From Rhodosorus marinus CCMP1338 (Eukaryota > Plantae > Rhodophyta), in contig JAMWBK010000004.1 in NCBI GenBank assembly GCA_029953675.1, positions 2,108,001-2,172,000 on the forward strand: a stretch of 64,000 nucleotides of DNA, given 5' to 3'. A model generated the notes under the pieces. The model was not told the origin of the DNA. It did not search any database and saw only the letters and a list, made by a program, of their open reading frames with translations. Positions 36,015-49,570 of the stretch are shown here, piece after piece. The translations under genes were made by a program, and so were the position numbers. The number at the start of each line of letters is the position of its first letter. Within the stretch, counting starts at the first letter, position 1.

Positions 36015-37717
36015 ATGGAGGCTGAGCCCGAGGTTGTCCAGAAGGCCTCGGAGCAGGCGGTCGCCGGTTTTGCTGATCAGGCGGTCAGCTTCTTCGCCAA
36101 GGTTTCCCAGCTCTACGATGAGGTTGGTATTCATACAAGCCTGGCTTGCATGGCAGTTTAAAGGTATCAGGGAAACTGACTTGAGTCGCCTCGATTCGGT
36201 GCTGAACAGAAATCTGGCCTTTTGCGAGATGCCGTGCAGGCGACAGGTCTGGCCTTTGTCGCGTGGTGGAGGCTAGTCGGGCCCTTTCTGATCCTTTTGT
36301 TCTCGCTTTTGAAGGGTGGTGCGCTTCTGCTGCTAAGGGCTTTAGCACCAAGTTGGCCCTATGTAGTGAAAGGCTTTCACAAAACGCGTACCACCAGTGC
36401 ATCCATGGCCGCAATGGCTTGGCCTCATATTAAGGAGTCCCTGAGAAGTATGCTGTTTTCCTTTACTGTCATTTAAAACAGTTTTAACCCTTCAGCTCTG
36501 CCTGGATCACAAACCAGCTAACGAGCGACTTTCGTTTGACACGCAACAGAGATGGCCAGAGGAGTCGCTGCCGCAGACCCCAGAACGATCATCACAGTGC
36601 TTTTGGCCGTATCCGTTCTCTTAGCGGGTGGATATGCTTTGATCAGACTCTCAACGATGCGACGGAAATCGCGCAAGAGAATGTCGACGGGGTTACGAAA
36701 GAGTGGCGCACTCGTAGTCGCCTACCTATCTCTCTTGGTCATTTTCTTCCTTCCCGACCAAGTGCTTGTTGACGACGTGCTTCCCACGTCTACGCTCATT
36801 CACATTCCTCTCTACATGAACCTGAGGCTCCTATCGGTAAGTTAAAGCGGGGTACTACAAGCTTCCCGCAACCACTTTTGCTGACCGGTTTTCTTTTTGG
36901 ACGAGAGCAGAAGAAAGCGGACGCTAGCACTGCGGAATCCTTCGACCATTGGTTGTGTTATTGGGCAGTTCACGCAGTCCTTGATCTCATATGGAGATTC
37001 CCAAGAGTCGGAATCCGAGCTCGCGGGATATTTGTTTTCGGCAAGGTTCGGATGCTTCTAGGGGTCTGGCTAGGGTTTCCAATATTTGGCGGAGCAGAGC
37101 TGATAATAGACGCATTGGCGCCGCTCATAGATAAGAACTTCAAACGGATGCCAAAGAACAATCTCAACAAAGCGACGAGCTGGATTTTGAGCATGTTGCA
37201 ATTCGGAAACGTCGTAACGCCTGAGAAAGCTAGTGAGATCAAACTAGCCCTCTCAGACCCAGGGTTCGTGGTAGCCTTCGCGGCTGTATTCCTTATTACG
37301 CCCGAAATTATCACCCGTGGGGCGTGCCTTTTTGTCGAACTTGTGTCACCTATTTATGCGTCAATGTACTCGTACATCAACGAGGATATTTCCCTGAAGA
37401 CGAAATGGTTGCAGTTTTGGGTAGTCTCCAGACTGATGCTTCTCATTCTGGACCAGGTGCGAGACTTGACAAGCTACATCCCACTGTGGACACGTCTTGA
37501 GTTGTTGGTTTCAATCTGGCTACAAATACCTTATTTCAATGGTGCGTCGAGGGTATACAAAGAACTTGATACACTTTTCGCGAAGGGCCGGGAGCTTGCG
37601 AATCGAATTGGCATCCTCAAGAAGGCGAAGACCGTAGATAACGAAAATAACAAAGCGACCGAAGTTAATGATGCAGACGAGGTGGCTCAAGTATCAGATG
37701 AGCGAAAAAATCAATAA
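36015..37717 (+). CDS. Multi-pass membrane protein with two TB2/DP1/HVA22 (REEP/Yop1) domains
   Basis: DHWLCYWAV...LGVWLGFPIFGGAELII and PIYASM...TKWLQFWVV...LLVSIWLQIPYFNGASRVY, plus hydrophobic upstream exons. Confidence 0.78.
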
Positions 37718-37938
37718 GCTGTCAACTAATGGATTTGGGCGAGGGGCACGTGATCTCCCGTAGACGTTCATTGGCGGATGCGCCCAGACGAGAACCTAGA
37801 GAGCCATGTCATCGATCCTGGGACTGCGTCCAAATGACCTGAATCGGTCAAGCTGTTCATTTTCTCAGGGAAATTTTGTGCCCCCCTCCTTGTTACATTT
37901 TGCAGAGGAGATTTCCGCATCTCAGCTTATGCCATGTT

Positions 37939-38825
37939 TCATGCTTCTATGTAGCTTCCATCCATTTGTTTTGTTCTCAGTTGTGGATGTACATTGTCAA
38001 TATTGCTTAGGTTGCTTCTCGCGTACTCTAGAGCCCAAGTAACCTGAAAAATTTTAGATTTGCCGCAATCAATCAAATCTGCTCAGTTACGCCGAACCGA
38101 TGTTTCAAGGAAACCTGGAGAAAAGTCTCACTGTCGCGAAAGCTAAGGAATCCCAGGGTACTTCATCCCACGCAAAGAGCCGCGCTTCCGAAGTCTCTGA
38201 GCCTGCTTCGACGTGCTCGTCCAGGAGGTAGGCCAGGTACATTATCTGTACCTGCGCGGCGGCCAGTATATTGTAGACAGCTATGACCGAAGTAATCGTA
38301 ACATCCGCATTAGCCTCCTCTTTGGTCTCCCGAATCGCTCCGTCGCTGCTGTTTTCCCCGATCTCCATGAATCCTGCGGGAATTGTCCACTTGCCTACGG
38401 GAGGAATCGATCTCTTAACTAGTAGCACTCGCGATCGATCTGCAGTCATAGTCAGTGCAGCAGAAACTATCTATTTTTTGTTCCAGAACCGAATTTCCCT
38501 CCAGTCAGCAAAGTACCCTGTCCAGTTTTTAACCGTCGTTGAGACTGCGTCTCTGGTTCACCTGCTGGCCGCTTAGGTTTACCTTTGGATTGAAGTACAT
38601 GATATTCCCACAGCCATTACAAACCAGTCGAGATCTTCCATCTCCATCTGGAACTCTCTCCGTAAGCTTTCCCTCCCCACAAGATGGACAAAATCGATAC
38701 TCCTTTGCATAATTTGGTACCCCACTGCTCATTCTTGGGGACGGTTTGGCAGACGCTCTCCCTCGGCCTACATAATTCGGCTTACGTACGGGTATACAGA
38801 ATGCACTAGGAAAGTTCTTGTTCAT
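37939..38825 (-). CDS. Nudix hydrolase with N-terminal zinc ribbon (NUDX23 / FAD diphosphatase-like)
   Basis: FCPSCG...LVCNGCGNIMYFNPK; Nudix box GFMEIGENSSDGAIRETKEEA; LFAWDEVPWDSLAF; last exon TWAL. Confidence 0.87.
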
Positions 38826-39119
38826 TTTGCTTCCTACTTACATAGCACCCCTTCGATCCAGTCAAGATGACATGCCCCGGCATGCGCTCCGCACATCATG
38901 CTCATCGACGTGCTCAATCTAAAGTGCGAAAGACGCTAAAAAGTGTACAGTTGAGACACACTCGTCACTGTCAGAAACCAGATATTTTCCTCGACTTCTT
39001 GAGAAATCTGTGCAAAAGAATAGGTCGTCTACATCGATGTGGACTGATGTATACTGGATTGCTCAGAGTCAAAGAGCTTCAGTTTGAGTCTCTCACTACG
39101 ATTTTATGTACACGAATGC

Positions 39120-41786
39120 CTAGGGACCGCCGACTGGTAGAAGGCCACAGAGTTTGGAAGCCGTATCTATTGCTTTGCTGACATCTCTCGAGTCTAAATG
39201 GAGGTGTCTCTGCCTAGCGATCCTGATCAGGTCTACCACGCTTTCCGCATCCCTGTCATTTCCAGCCGCTTCGATTAAGTAGGAGAGCGTCTTCGGGGTG
39301 GTTGGAACCTGCCTCCGTCTCATGACCTTGAACATCCTCTGCGCTCTTCTTAGCTGACCTGCTTTCGCAAGACCACCGAGAAGCTCCTCGTACATCTGAG
39401 CGAGCCTAGCCCCGTCGCTCTTGAAGTTAAAGCATTTTCGAATTGTTTCGATAGCCCTCGAGAATTGCTTCTCTCGCGTGTATGCTCTGGTCACTGCGAG
39501 CCATGCGTTGTCTTGGGCCATCAATCTCGGAGATGATCTCAGTACGTCCTTAACCCAATCTCCCGAAACAAGTTCAGATAAATATAGCAGCGCCTCGCTG
39601 TATGCGCTTGCGTCGTCAATTCGCATTTTCTTCCAAGTATTCACAGCTGAATCAATATTACCTTCGTCCGCGTACTTCTTCACGACCGCTGCTAACATGC
39701 TTTCGTTCCGAAATCCAGACGTGAATGCCTCCTCCAGGCTGATCTCAGCACTTCTAGTTGTGGGAGAAGCCAGCACGAGCTCCAAGAAACTTTCCCGATC
39801 CCGTTCTTTTACAGAATAGAACGTTTTCTTAGCAAGATCGTCCCTGCCTACTCTCCGCAAGGCTCTCATCAGATGCGGAAGGGTTTCCTCGTCGACGATC
39901 ATAGGTTCCATTGATTCAATGGTCTGAACCACCGCAGACGCTTCCTGTTGTGATCCGCTCACTGGAAGAACGTCGAGAAGGGCTACCAATAGACTAGGCG
40001 TTAGAGATAGATCGCGAGCTACCATTTCCTCCAACAGGAAGCAAATTTCCTCAACATCTCCAAAGGTACACTGAATCATCAACTTGAAGGTCGCGTTATC
40101 GACTTCCAGACCTTTTTCAAGCATCTCGGACAGGATGGCACGAACTTGTCCACGCTGGCCAATTCGGTGGGTTGCCTTGAGCAGCAGCCGAAACAGAGCC
40201 GGCCGAGCCTCCAAGCTTCGGTGTCGGAAGTCTCTGTAAGTTCTAATCGCGGAAACACTATCTCCCGCGTGGAGTTTAGCCAGCATCAAAGCCTCAAAGG
40301 TTTCAGAAGTGGGCTGAAGTTTCAAAAGAGAAAACTTTGCGAACAAGGCATCGACGTGCTCGACGCAGCCTCTCGAAGCATAGGCCTTGAGCAGAAAGTT
40401 GGCTGTTTTGATTCCCGGTCGCCAACCTGCTGTGATTAGCCTGGAGGAAATCGATTGCACTTTTCCGAGTTCATCATTTCGCACGTAGGCAGCGATGAGT
40501 GACAGGAGCATTGACTCGGTAGGCTCCGGAAAGTGCTGACGCGCGCGTCGATACAATCTTGCAACTCCAGCTTTGTCTCCAGCAATGTAAAGGCCTCTCA
40601 TGGCACTCTCGTACGCATTCGTGTCACACCGTATCCTCTTAGTGCTCATCTCCTCCAGGACAGACTCAACTCCATGAGAATGTGCGAGCGCCGCATAGAT
40701 GCTCAGAGCGACTTCGTACGAGGAAGAATCCATCTCCAGCCTTCTTTGCCGCATGCTGTCGAGGGTCATCAGCGCCTTTCGAGGTTGGGAAGCGGCAATC
40801 CAGCCTTGCGCTACTCTGATAAAATCACTTTCGCAGGGCGATTCTATTTTCTCAAAGTGTTCCATTGCTTTCGGCATGTCCGAGTTGAGAACATGAGCAG
40901 TCAGTCGCGCCCTGTTTGCCTCAGTCCTCATTGCGGGAGAGGCATTCCTCCTCTCTAGAGTTCGATAGAATTGATCAATCCTTTCAATCGCTGCGCACCG
41001 CCCGAACGCACTCATGGCTTCCTTCGCGAGCTTGTCGTTTAGATCAACTCCTTTGGCCTTCATCGCCTTTAGGATGCCGTTCACCTTTGGACCATTCCCA
41101 ATTTGTGCCCGTTTTCGGAGTAGGAGAGCGAATGTATCTTCCCCGGCAGCCGCGTTCGAGCTAGCAACCTCGATGACGATTCTGTCCACGACATCTGCGT
41201 CCTTGGCGACTTCAACGCAAGCCCTAATCAGCGCATCAGACAGACAGCCAGCACAAGCTCTGGAGTTCGCAGACAGTTTTTCGAAGCTCGCAAGACCGAC
41301 AGATCCCTCGGAGCGAATCGCTTGAACGATCAGGCCATCGGTGCCCGCATTTCTGAAAAGTCCGGGGTGTCGACTAAGAACATTTAAGATCTTCTCGAGA
41401 TCACCAGCGTTCGATGCCGTTGTGAAGGTCTGCTCGACCCCATCCGGTGGCCGTGTCTCCTTCCTCGCCTCGACTGCCTCTTCAGACACAAGAGCCTTCA
41501 AGTCGATCCCAAGCTGCGCTGTTCGAAACACAAAAGCTTAGAGGGCAGTTCCCGAGGGTTTCATCCTCGTATATCAGAGATTGGATCTTCACCTCACCTT
41601 CGGAGCTAGTGAGAGCAGCTCATTCGCCACGACCTTTCCGAACTGACTCTCAACACCACCAAGAAAGGCACCCAAAGCCCTTCCATCAGATCCAACCTCT
41701 CGAAACTGCTGTAGAAGGAGAGAGATCCTTCCCCGAGATTTCTTGAGGTGTTCCACGACGCCTTGCAAAAATGTTGCTACGGTCAC
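39120..41786 (-). CDS. Pentatricopeptide repeat (PPR) protein; additional 5' exons probably lie upstream, start unresolved
   Basis: 803-aa ORF with repeated 35-aa helical units, e.g. TANFLLKAYASRG..., YEELLGGLAKAGQLRRAQRMFKVMRRRQVPTTPKTLSYLI. Confidence 0.88.
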
Positions 41787-43370
41787 TCTGGCAGATCCTC
41801 TTACAGCTGTTCTACATCACCAGATGAATCAGTCGTCCAATGTGCTGCTCACCGCTTGTGAACATTGACAAAAGTACTCTCTTCTCTCAACACTCACGCC
41901 TCATCTCTGGGCCATCCATCCAGCTTCCTAGCTCGGAGCCAACCCCTTCAAAGGTCGAAAGAGTTTCTGCCGAGAGAACATGATTGAGTTTCAGATTGAT
42001 CGATGATGGTTCCGTTCCAATCTTTAAGCAGCTCCTTCCCGTCACCAGGAGACCAGAGCAACAGAATAGTTCTGTGGACCCTTCCCATCTCCCCCAACCG
42101 GCTCTTTGTGGCAATGGGCGTAGATGTCACCATGACGGACCTCTGACAGCTGATCTTTCAGTGCTGCTATCTTGGCGCTTAACTGCTTCTTCATCCTTTG
42201 GAGCGGAGGAGCGATTCATCCTCGATGGTCGAGTGCTACTAGTGTTCTGAGGAGTGGGCGATCTGAATCGGATTCACTACAACCCGAGCCAACCTATTCT
42301 GAGAAGAGAGTGCGAAACTAGCAAGTAGGTGAACACACAGCGCATGACCTCATTGGGGAGCTCCCGTTGGTAGAGCTCCAGCACGTTTGGAAATTCTCAT
42401 TGGGACTTTGTCCTTCGACAATAGCCTTTCATTTTGTTGTCGTGCTCGAGCCGCGCCCAAGTCGCGCTGGTAAAACGGCCTTCGAGTTTCGCACCCACGG
42501 AAAAGGAAGAGCGATTCTTCCCAGATGATCAAGTACTAGATTCGCAAGAGTGCGGTCTCACCGTTGAGACGCTCATTGGGACGCTTCAGTTCTACTTGTA
42601 TTTCGATATTAGCCTTTAGCTCCTCTTCTACAAGCAAATCCCGTGTTGGAGTCCTCAAGCCTGGTTAGTTTAATACCTCCATCACGTGGTTGAGAGCATG
42701 ACTTTGTACCTCAACATCCTTTGAAGGGAAGTCCGGTTCGTCCTCGGTGCCCACCATGTCTTTTGAGAGTAAACTCTAGCTCCTCTTCTACTACTCAGAT
42801 CTGTCGTGGAGTTCTTAGTCCGCGTCCGTAGAAAACACGACTACGTCGTTGAGAGTAGGAAGGCTTGAAGCTGCTTGACCCTTAGCAGGATGAGATCGAA
42901 GGTGAAATAGTTGTTGTGTGTGGCAGTGGTGACCCGCGGGTGGGGAGAATGTGGGGGGGGGTAAGGTCTCGTTGGAGGGAGATTGGTTGTTGGAAAAGTA
43001 GATTCGAGGGGTAGGGTTTGAGCTTGGGACTGGATCGATTGAAATTCGCTTTTGAAAGGTTATGGTGGGGGAAGGTTGAACGGAGCTCGTTCTTGTTCGA
43101 TCTGGTGATGAAAAAGTTGCCTCCCGGGGGGGGTTGGGGGTTAGTCGATAAGGGTGTGTGATTCTTACTTTGAGTTTGGTTGGGTTGCACGCTTCCGGAA
43201 TTTGATCGGGAGCTGCTCCGCGGGTTTCCCTTTTGTTTTTTTTTGTGGTTGGATTCTATCTTGTTTTTGTGTTTTGGACGCAGGGGTTGGACCTGTGTCC
43301 TTGTGATCATCACATTGGCTTGGAGGGCTCTGTCTCAGCCCGAAAGGTCCTTCCATATTTTGGGGCGGGG

Positions 43371-44272
43371 ATGAGGATGATTAGCCTGTTTCAATCGGCC
43401 TTTCGACAGGCGATTCGTCCCATGCCGGTCAGCGTACCGACCAGGTCCCTTAGTGGGTTCCGGGTGGTAAGTTCACTATCCATCACGGGCTTTACTGTTC
43501 TAGCTAGTAATGAAAACTGGTTGCATTTTGCTTAGAGCCTTGTTGGTGGCTTGCGCACAACGAACATGAGCGGTTGCTTCTCGGATCCTGTGGGTGCGAA
43601 GAGGAACCACCGGTACAAGAAAAGCAAGTGGGGCCCTCACGGACCGGGGCCGTACCTAAGACGCAATCGTCCTAGTATTCATCAACTGGCGAAACCTATG
43701 CCAAAGCCCTATCGAAACAAGTGGCGGAGAGGAAAGATTTGGCTGTCGGGTGCCTTTAAGGGTGCCCCTCATAAGAAAGGTGTTGTGACGAAGGTGTATA
43801 TCAAGAACCCGAAGAAGCCGAACTCGGCCAACAGAAAGGTATGCAGCGATAGAGCTACCCCACCCCTCCCGGGCGCCCATCCGTTCGTTTTGACATGGTC
43901 TTCGATTGGTTGACCTACTTCTTTGCTTTTGGGGCGTCACAATTTCAGGTGTGCAATGTAACGTTATCGAACAAGGAGAAGATCAGATGCGTCATTCCCG
44001 GGATTGGACATAATCTCTTCGAGCATTCTTCAGTGCTCATCCGGGGAGGACGATGCAGAGATCTTATCGGTTTCCAGTAAGTGGGGGTCAAGCGGAAAGA
44101 GTGTGCTTACAGACTGTGTATCTGATACGTTTTACCTTTTTCTCGTTCCCTTTTGTTTTCATTGCGACTTGCTTGTCCCAGTTACAAGGTTGTGCGTGGC
44201 AAGTACGATTGCAAGCCAGTTATAGGTAGAAAATCAAGTCGTTCCAAGTATGGAGTTAAGAAGCCGAAGTAG
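43371..44272 (+). CDS. rps12: Nuclear-encoded organellar (probably mitochondrial) ribosomal protein uS12 with presequence, 4 exons
   Basis: [25 protein letters not shown] / VCNVTLSN...[28 protein letters not shown] / [10 protein letters not shown]...[11 protein letters not shown]. Arg/Ser-rich N-terminus with few acidic residues. Confidence 0.95.
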
Positions 44273-45492
44273 GATAAAGAGAATTGAGGAGCAACGCGGG
44301 TTTGATGTTATTGAGGGCAATTTGGAGGACACCCCTTAGTAGTAAGGACTTAGTTTGCTAAAAGTGGAGAACAGTGGCCCGCGTTCATCCGAACCGGGTA
44401 GTTACTTCCTGATACTGGAGGAAACAGCTGCTAGTGCGCAACTCAAAAGCGTGGACCTTTTCTAGTATCGAGGTTGTTACGGGACCCGTACGGAAGCGGA
44501 ATGCGGGATGGTCGGCCAAATCTTGCAAACAGATGTGTTTCTTGCAATTTGTGTAAACGGGACCTTTGCCGACCCTTCAATGCCATATTGAAATCACAAG
44601 CCAATCAAAAGGCAGGCTGTATGGGAGACTCTGGGCTGATTCTATAATGGTGTCCTCCTCGCCTCGAGAGACGCTCTGTCCTTCGACTGACTAAGATGTA
44701 CCTGAGCCCCAAGATGAGGCTACAGGAAGTATGTACGGTCGATTTTCCCCTCAGCTCTCTAATTTTTGTTTCAACGTCGATCGTACCGCAATTTCTATTC
44801 AAAGCTGTCTCTCACGTCAAGCCATCTCAAGCTTGATGTGCCTCAACTAAAAAAGGGTTTTACCGAATTCAACATTAGACGCGTCCTCCATGATACTGTT
44901 TCCGTAAGCCCCCACCCAAAAATAGTGATTGTAACACACTTGCACCAGCCAGCATACCAGCCACCTGTTGTGGATTCTAATGCCTTGATTCATCGATCTG
45001 AACCGAGCCTGAAGCTACTGCCAAGGTAAAGACGGCTTTCGAACCATCATAACACAAATAGAAACCTTGGATGCCGTTACCCCTAAAAACTGGGCGACCA
45101 GTTTCTCATCCATTTCTATTGTTCGCTGCCACCAGCCTTCCATACATGGCAGATCGTGACGGATCCATTTGTTTGTATGGTCTGTTCGTTGTACTATGTA
45201 AATATTCCTGGGTATTACGACCTTCGCTTCCGACCGAGCGGTGATTGGTTGCGAGTTTGAGCAGAGAGGGAAGAAGGGGGGCTACCAATTAGTTGGGAAG
45301 GCTCGGCGGCTCAGTAAGTCGGAACGAAAATGAGATGCCGGTCTCAACTCACTGGACGTCCGGAATCGCGGGCAGTGCGGGGGGAGGGGAGGGGGGGGGT
45401 GCGACTGAAGAGAGTTGACGGAAAATACTGTTTTGATGACGTGGTCTTGAATGAATGAATGGGGACTTGAAGGGTCGATTTGTCCTTCACCG

Positions 45493-45835
45493 CTAGTGCA
45501 CTGAAAGCTCGCCGTCAGGCCACTTTTGCTCCTCTCCATTGAAGTGCGTAAAAACATCGCAGGCTACCAAGTCAGCGTACAAGCGGAGGTTGACCAGCGT
45601 CTCAGCCGCCTCTCTCTCTGATATGCATGCAGCACAAGCCCCTGTCTCGCCATGGGTGAGCACCAAAAAAGTCGAGACCATCCTTTCTACTCGATCCACC
45701 CACCTGGGCGTTCCTTGACTGTATGCGACGAACATGTCCAGGAGGAGCTTGAGCCGCTCCCCGGGCTTCGCCCACAACCGCCACTCGAACTAGGCACTTA
45801 TGGACTTCATAACCCATAAATAGCTTTCGGCACAA
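45493..45835 (-). other. Orphan coding-like fragment inside a 4-kb gene-free spacer
   Basis: Overlapping ORFs 45493..45777 and 45602..45835 read like natural protein, but no family is recognised. Confidence 0.2.
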
Positions 45836-48635
45836 GAATAAAATAAACGTTTCGAATAAATTATTTGAATATATGTCCTAATTATTTCTTCAAAACGCAT
45901 CCCCCAGTGCCAATATTTCTATCTTAAAAGGGACCGGAGGAAAACCAACTGTTCTGCACGATTTAGTTTCTAAAATTGGTGTTGGGTATGAAAACCCTGA
46001 AAAAACGGCTTAGCTACCGTCCACAAGAAGGCGCAAACAAATAATTTCGAAAGCATTTCGAAAGCATTTCAAAAGCGAAGTTGATAGGCCCTTCAAATCA
46101 GAGTCAATAAATGAATCTCCCGCCGTCTATCGAATCAAACTTTGATCCGTTAAATATTAACAACCCTTTAAGTTTAGTGAGACACGTGGTAATACAAAAC
46201 TGGACATATCTAAAATACCTCCCATTTCAATAAATAACATCAATGTGCATTGCTTTCGCTGATTTTGGGGAAAACTTCTTCGACTTCGGACGAAGAACAG
46301 CTCGTTGTCAGCTCGTGGAAGGAACGGACAATGGGCTTAACTTGAATAAACAAAAATTGAATGTAGATAAATAGTTCTATTTCCAATAACACTTGCAACC
46401 CAGCATTGAAAAAATCGAGCACCCCATCAGAATCAGGCCCCGGAGTTCATCTTTCTGAAAGGACCCCCCCCCCCGCGCCTCTTTTTTCCCCCCGTGGATA
46501 GCGCAAGCAACCATGCTACAGATTCTCCTCAACTAGGCGTGGAGGTCACAGAGTTACGATATTCAGGTCCGATATTCCTTGATTCAAACTTTGTCTTTCA
46601 ATAATATTTTGTATAACGCAATATTAAGGAATCCTCCAGATTTGGATATAATATAACGTACTCTAGGATTCCAGATCGACGACGCTTTCCAAGGCAGGCA
46701 TGGACACAAGAAAGATTTTTGTTTTCTGTCAGATAACCGTCGGTTAGATTGATCCTCCACGCTCATGTTCATCGCCATCATCCTCAAAACATTCAGAATT
46801 TCAACTAGAAAATATGGCGCAACCTATTGAGTACACGGAAAGGAGAAAATGACGACATCGACCACTGCGAATTCACTGGGCGGTTGGGGAGGGGAGCGGG
46901 AAACTTGCACATCACTACGCTCTCCACAAGGGACCCCAAAGCATACATGTCAAAGAGTCAATCAAGAATCAATCGATTTAATATTCCAGGATACTCGGTG
47001 TGCACACCAGCTACAAAGGTCATGTGGTGATGTTGACTAGCCATCAGGAGGTTTCACAACGGCGACAACTTTGGCATTTTCCTGCTTACCCTCCTTTTCT
47101 TCTGTCACAATAATCGAACCAAATCTAATCCTGGGGTAACGATTGCACCCCCCCCCCTCTGAGTCCGGGGTTCCCATATAAAATTTACGAATTCAATATC
47201 ATCTGATTCTCTATCAGATTCCTCACATAGGCAAGCTCTTGCTTCTGGGGAAACTTTGCAAATGGATCAAAATCCTCTTGATTTTTGTTTTTAATGGCGG
47301 ATTATTCCCCCCCCCAAAAAATCCCATGCGCGGGATTTGAAAGCACTTTCCTAGTAGTGTGAGATGAAGCATCAGCCGTATCCCCCCTCCCCCCCCCGCA
47401 AACTGGAAAGATAAGAAAGCCGTGGACAAGCCAATGAAAAGCCTGGCCGGCTTTCTTCTTTCGTATTTTAAACCAAATATGTATTCCATAAATTACGATG
47501 GATAGTATAGAAATATTTACGAAAACATAGAAAAACCGAACACCAACAGATTTCGTTCTATTATCTCCTGATATCTAACCCCCTTCTATTTTTGGTTTCT
47601 CCTGTATTGATATGACAATGAATGCTTGCTTTCACGGAAAAAAAGCGCTCACAAAATAGAGAGTTTCCCTCTAAGGGGGGGAGATGGGGCGCCAAGAGAG
47701 ATAGCAAACCCTTTTCTACTGACGTCGGGGTAGTACGGCTATCAATTGATTAGAGGCAAAAACGGGAGTAACAACTGCAGCAAGTCTTTCCATTGGTAGC
47801 CCGATAAATCATTATATGAAACCCTTAAATATACCTATTTAGAAATACTTTTATCAATGAATAGGTTTAGAATGATTCCAATTAAATACTACCCACTAAC
47901 GGAAAACACACTTCATCGAAGAAAATAGGATGTATACCTAAAAATAAATTTTATACATTTAATTAAAAACACAATACCGAGTAAGATTTTAGTAATACAT
48001 GATATCTTGTTTCCGAACAGCAAAGAAATAATAAAATACAGTATAATATATTCTATTGCATGTACTCAAAATGTATTTTAAGATAAAACTACTAGATACT
48101 CAAAAATAGTAAATGTTATGATAACAATAAAAAGAAATTATGAAGATTCTTTGAAAAAGATTAAAAGCTTCTCTACCGCATCAAAATTATTTGGTTGTAC
48201 CCTTTGCTCCCCCGGAGTATAAATTGGCCAGTTTTCTATATTTTCTAATTGAATTTGTTTCTTTTTTTTTGTTCCTTTTCCCCCGTTCGACTGAGGATGC
48301 AGTTCTTAGATGCCAATCTTGAATGGATGCATATATAGACGATTTAGAGATGGAGGATGAGCATAGTGAGCTGATGGTGGGCGGAGGAGGGGGGGATGAG
48401 GAAAGGGGAGCAGAGAATAACCTATGTGGGAAGGGATTTGGGTTGATGACTAGGAAGATAGGGAAGGAGGAGGAAAGGGTGTGTGATATAACTCTAGGGC
48501 GCTATTGGTTTTGAGGCAGGTTGAGGCCGGCTGTTTTTCATTTTTTTGGTAGGTGGGGTTGGGAGGGGGAGGGAAACGCGTTGTAAAGGTTTAGAGTTCA
48601 AGATGTCGATGCTTGTGGAAGCGACGAGTGGGGTT

Positions 48636-49190
48636 ATGTTGATGATGAATGAGTGTGCGCTTAGGTGAGTCGTCCCCGTTGCACTTTTGGGTCGTGTGAA
48701 CGAGGTTTCCTAACATGAGCATATTTATCCTTTTTCCGTTAATCTTAGGCTGAGGAAGGCCATGACGTTCGAAGAATCTCCGGATTTGGACGGCGGGGAC
48801 ACTTCGGGGGAGGCTTCTGAAGGAAGCCATCGAAGTCCTAGGGAAACCCCTCCGCAAAGCCCTAGGAACAGAACCCAGGATGTTGTGGTAGAGGAGGCAC
48901 CGGTACACGTACGTACTAGCGGTAGACGTGGTCACAAGAAATGCAAGTATTCGAAACAGGAGGTGAGAGACATTGTCTCACTGACGAAGGTTGAACCGAG
49001 CACGATCCCAGAGGACTTTGAATGCGCGATTTGTATGGATGACGAAGAGAAGCGGTTCTGCACAATGGTCTGCGGACACACTTACCACTACATGTGCATT
49101 AAGATTTGGCTTAGAAGAGGCGGGGACAAATGTCCGCTCTGTGCACACACTATTGCGTTGAAGGAATGCTTGGCAGCGAAGCAGAAGTAA
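48636..49190 (+). CDS. RING-H2 (C3H2C3) E3 ubiquitin ligase; 5' exon structure uncertain
   Basis: CAICMDDEEKRFCTMVCGHTYHYMCIKIWLRRGGDKCPLC. Intron gtgagt at about 48665 to ttag at about 48750. Confidence 0.85.
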
Positions 49191-49570
49191 GAGTATGGAG
49201 AAGCTGCTAATATTTGGCTCTCTATTTGAATAGCATTCACCCGCGAGATGGCAAGAGATGAATCCTTCGAATTACATATTGTAGATACAGAAGTTTTGTT
49301 TTGTAATTATTATGGTAGTTGTCGTCAGCGGATTGTCCAAACCGATAAAGTTCAACGGAAAAGACGATTGAAAAGAATTGTAGTTATGGGTCCTCGTGAC
49401 CTCGACACGCAAGCTATCTTCCCTAGTGCAAGAAGGCTGCGCACGTAGATTGGGCGATAGTCCCAGTTCTAAGATCGATTTCTGTTCGTTCCAAGGTCGG
49501 CTTTTCTGCGCTGGTGAAAAAAAAAGTCCACAAAGATTAAGAAGCTGATTTTAATAATATGGGGCACAAG

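Noticed and set aside
42882-43535. Long ORFs in skewed flanks (also 50710..51369, 51677..52216, 30012..30530)
   Set aside because: They are by-products of stop-poor C/A- or G/T-rich promoter arms; the translations are low-complexity K/P/T/N or G/V/F.
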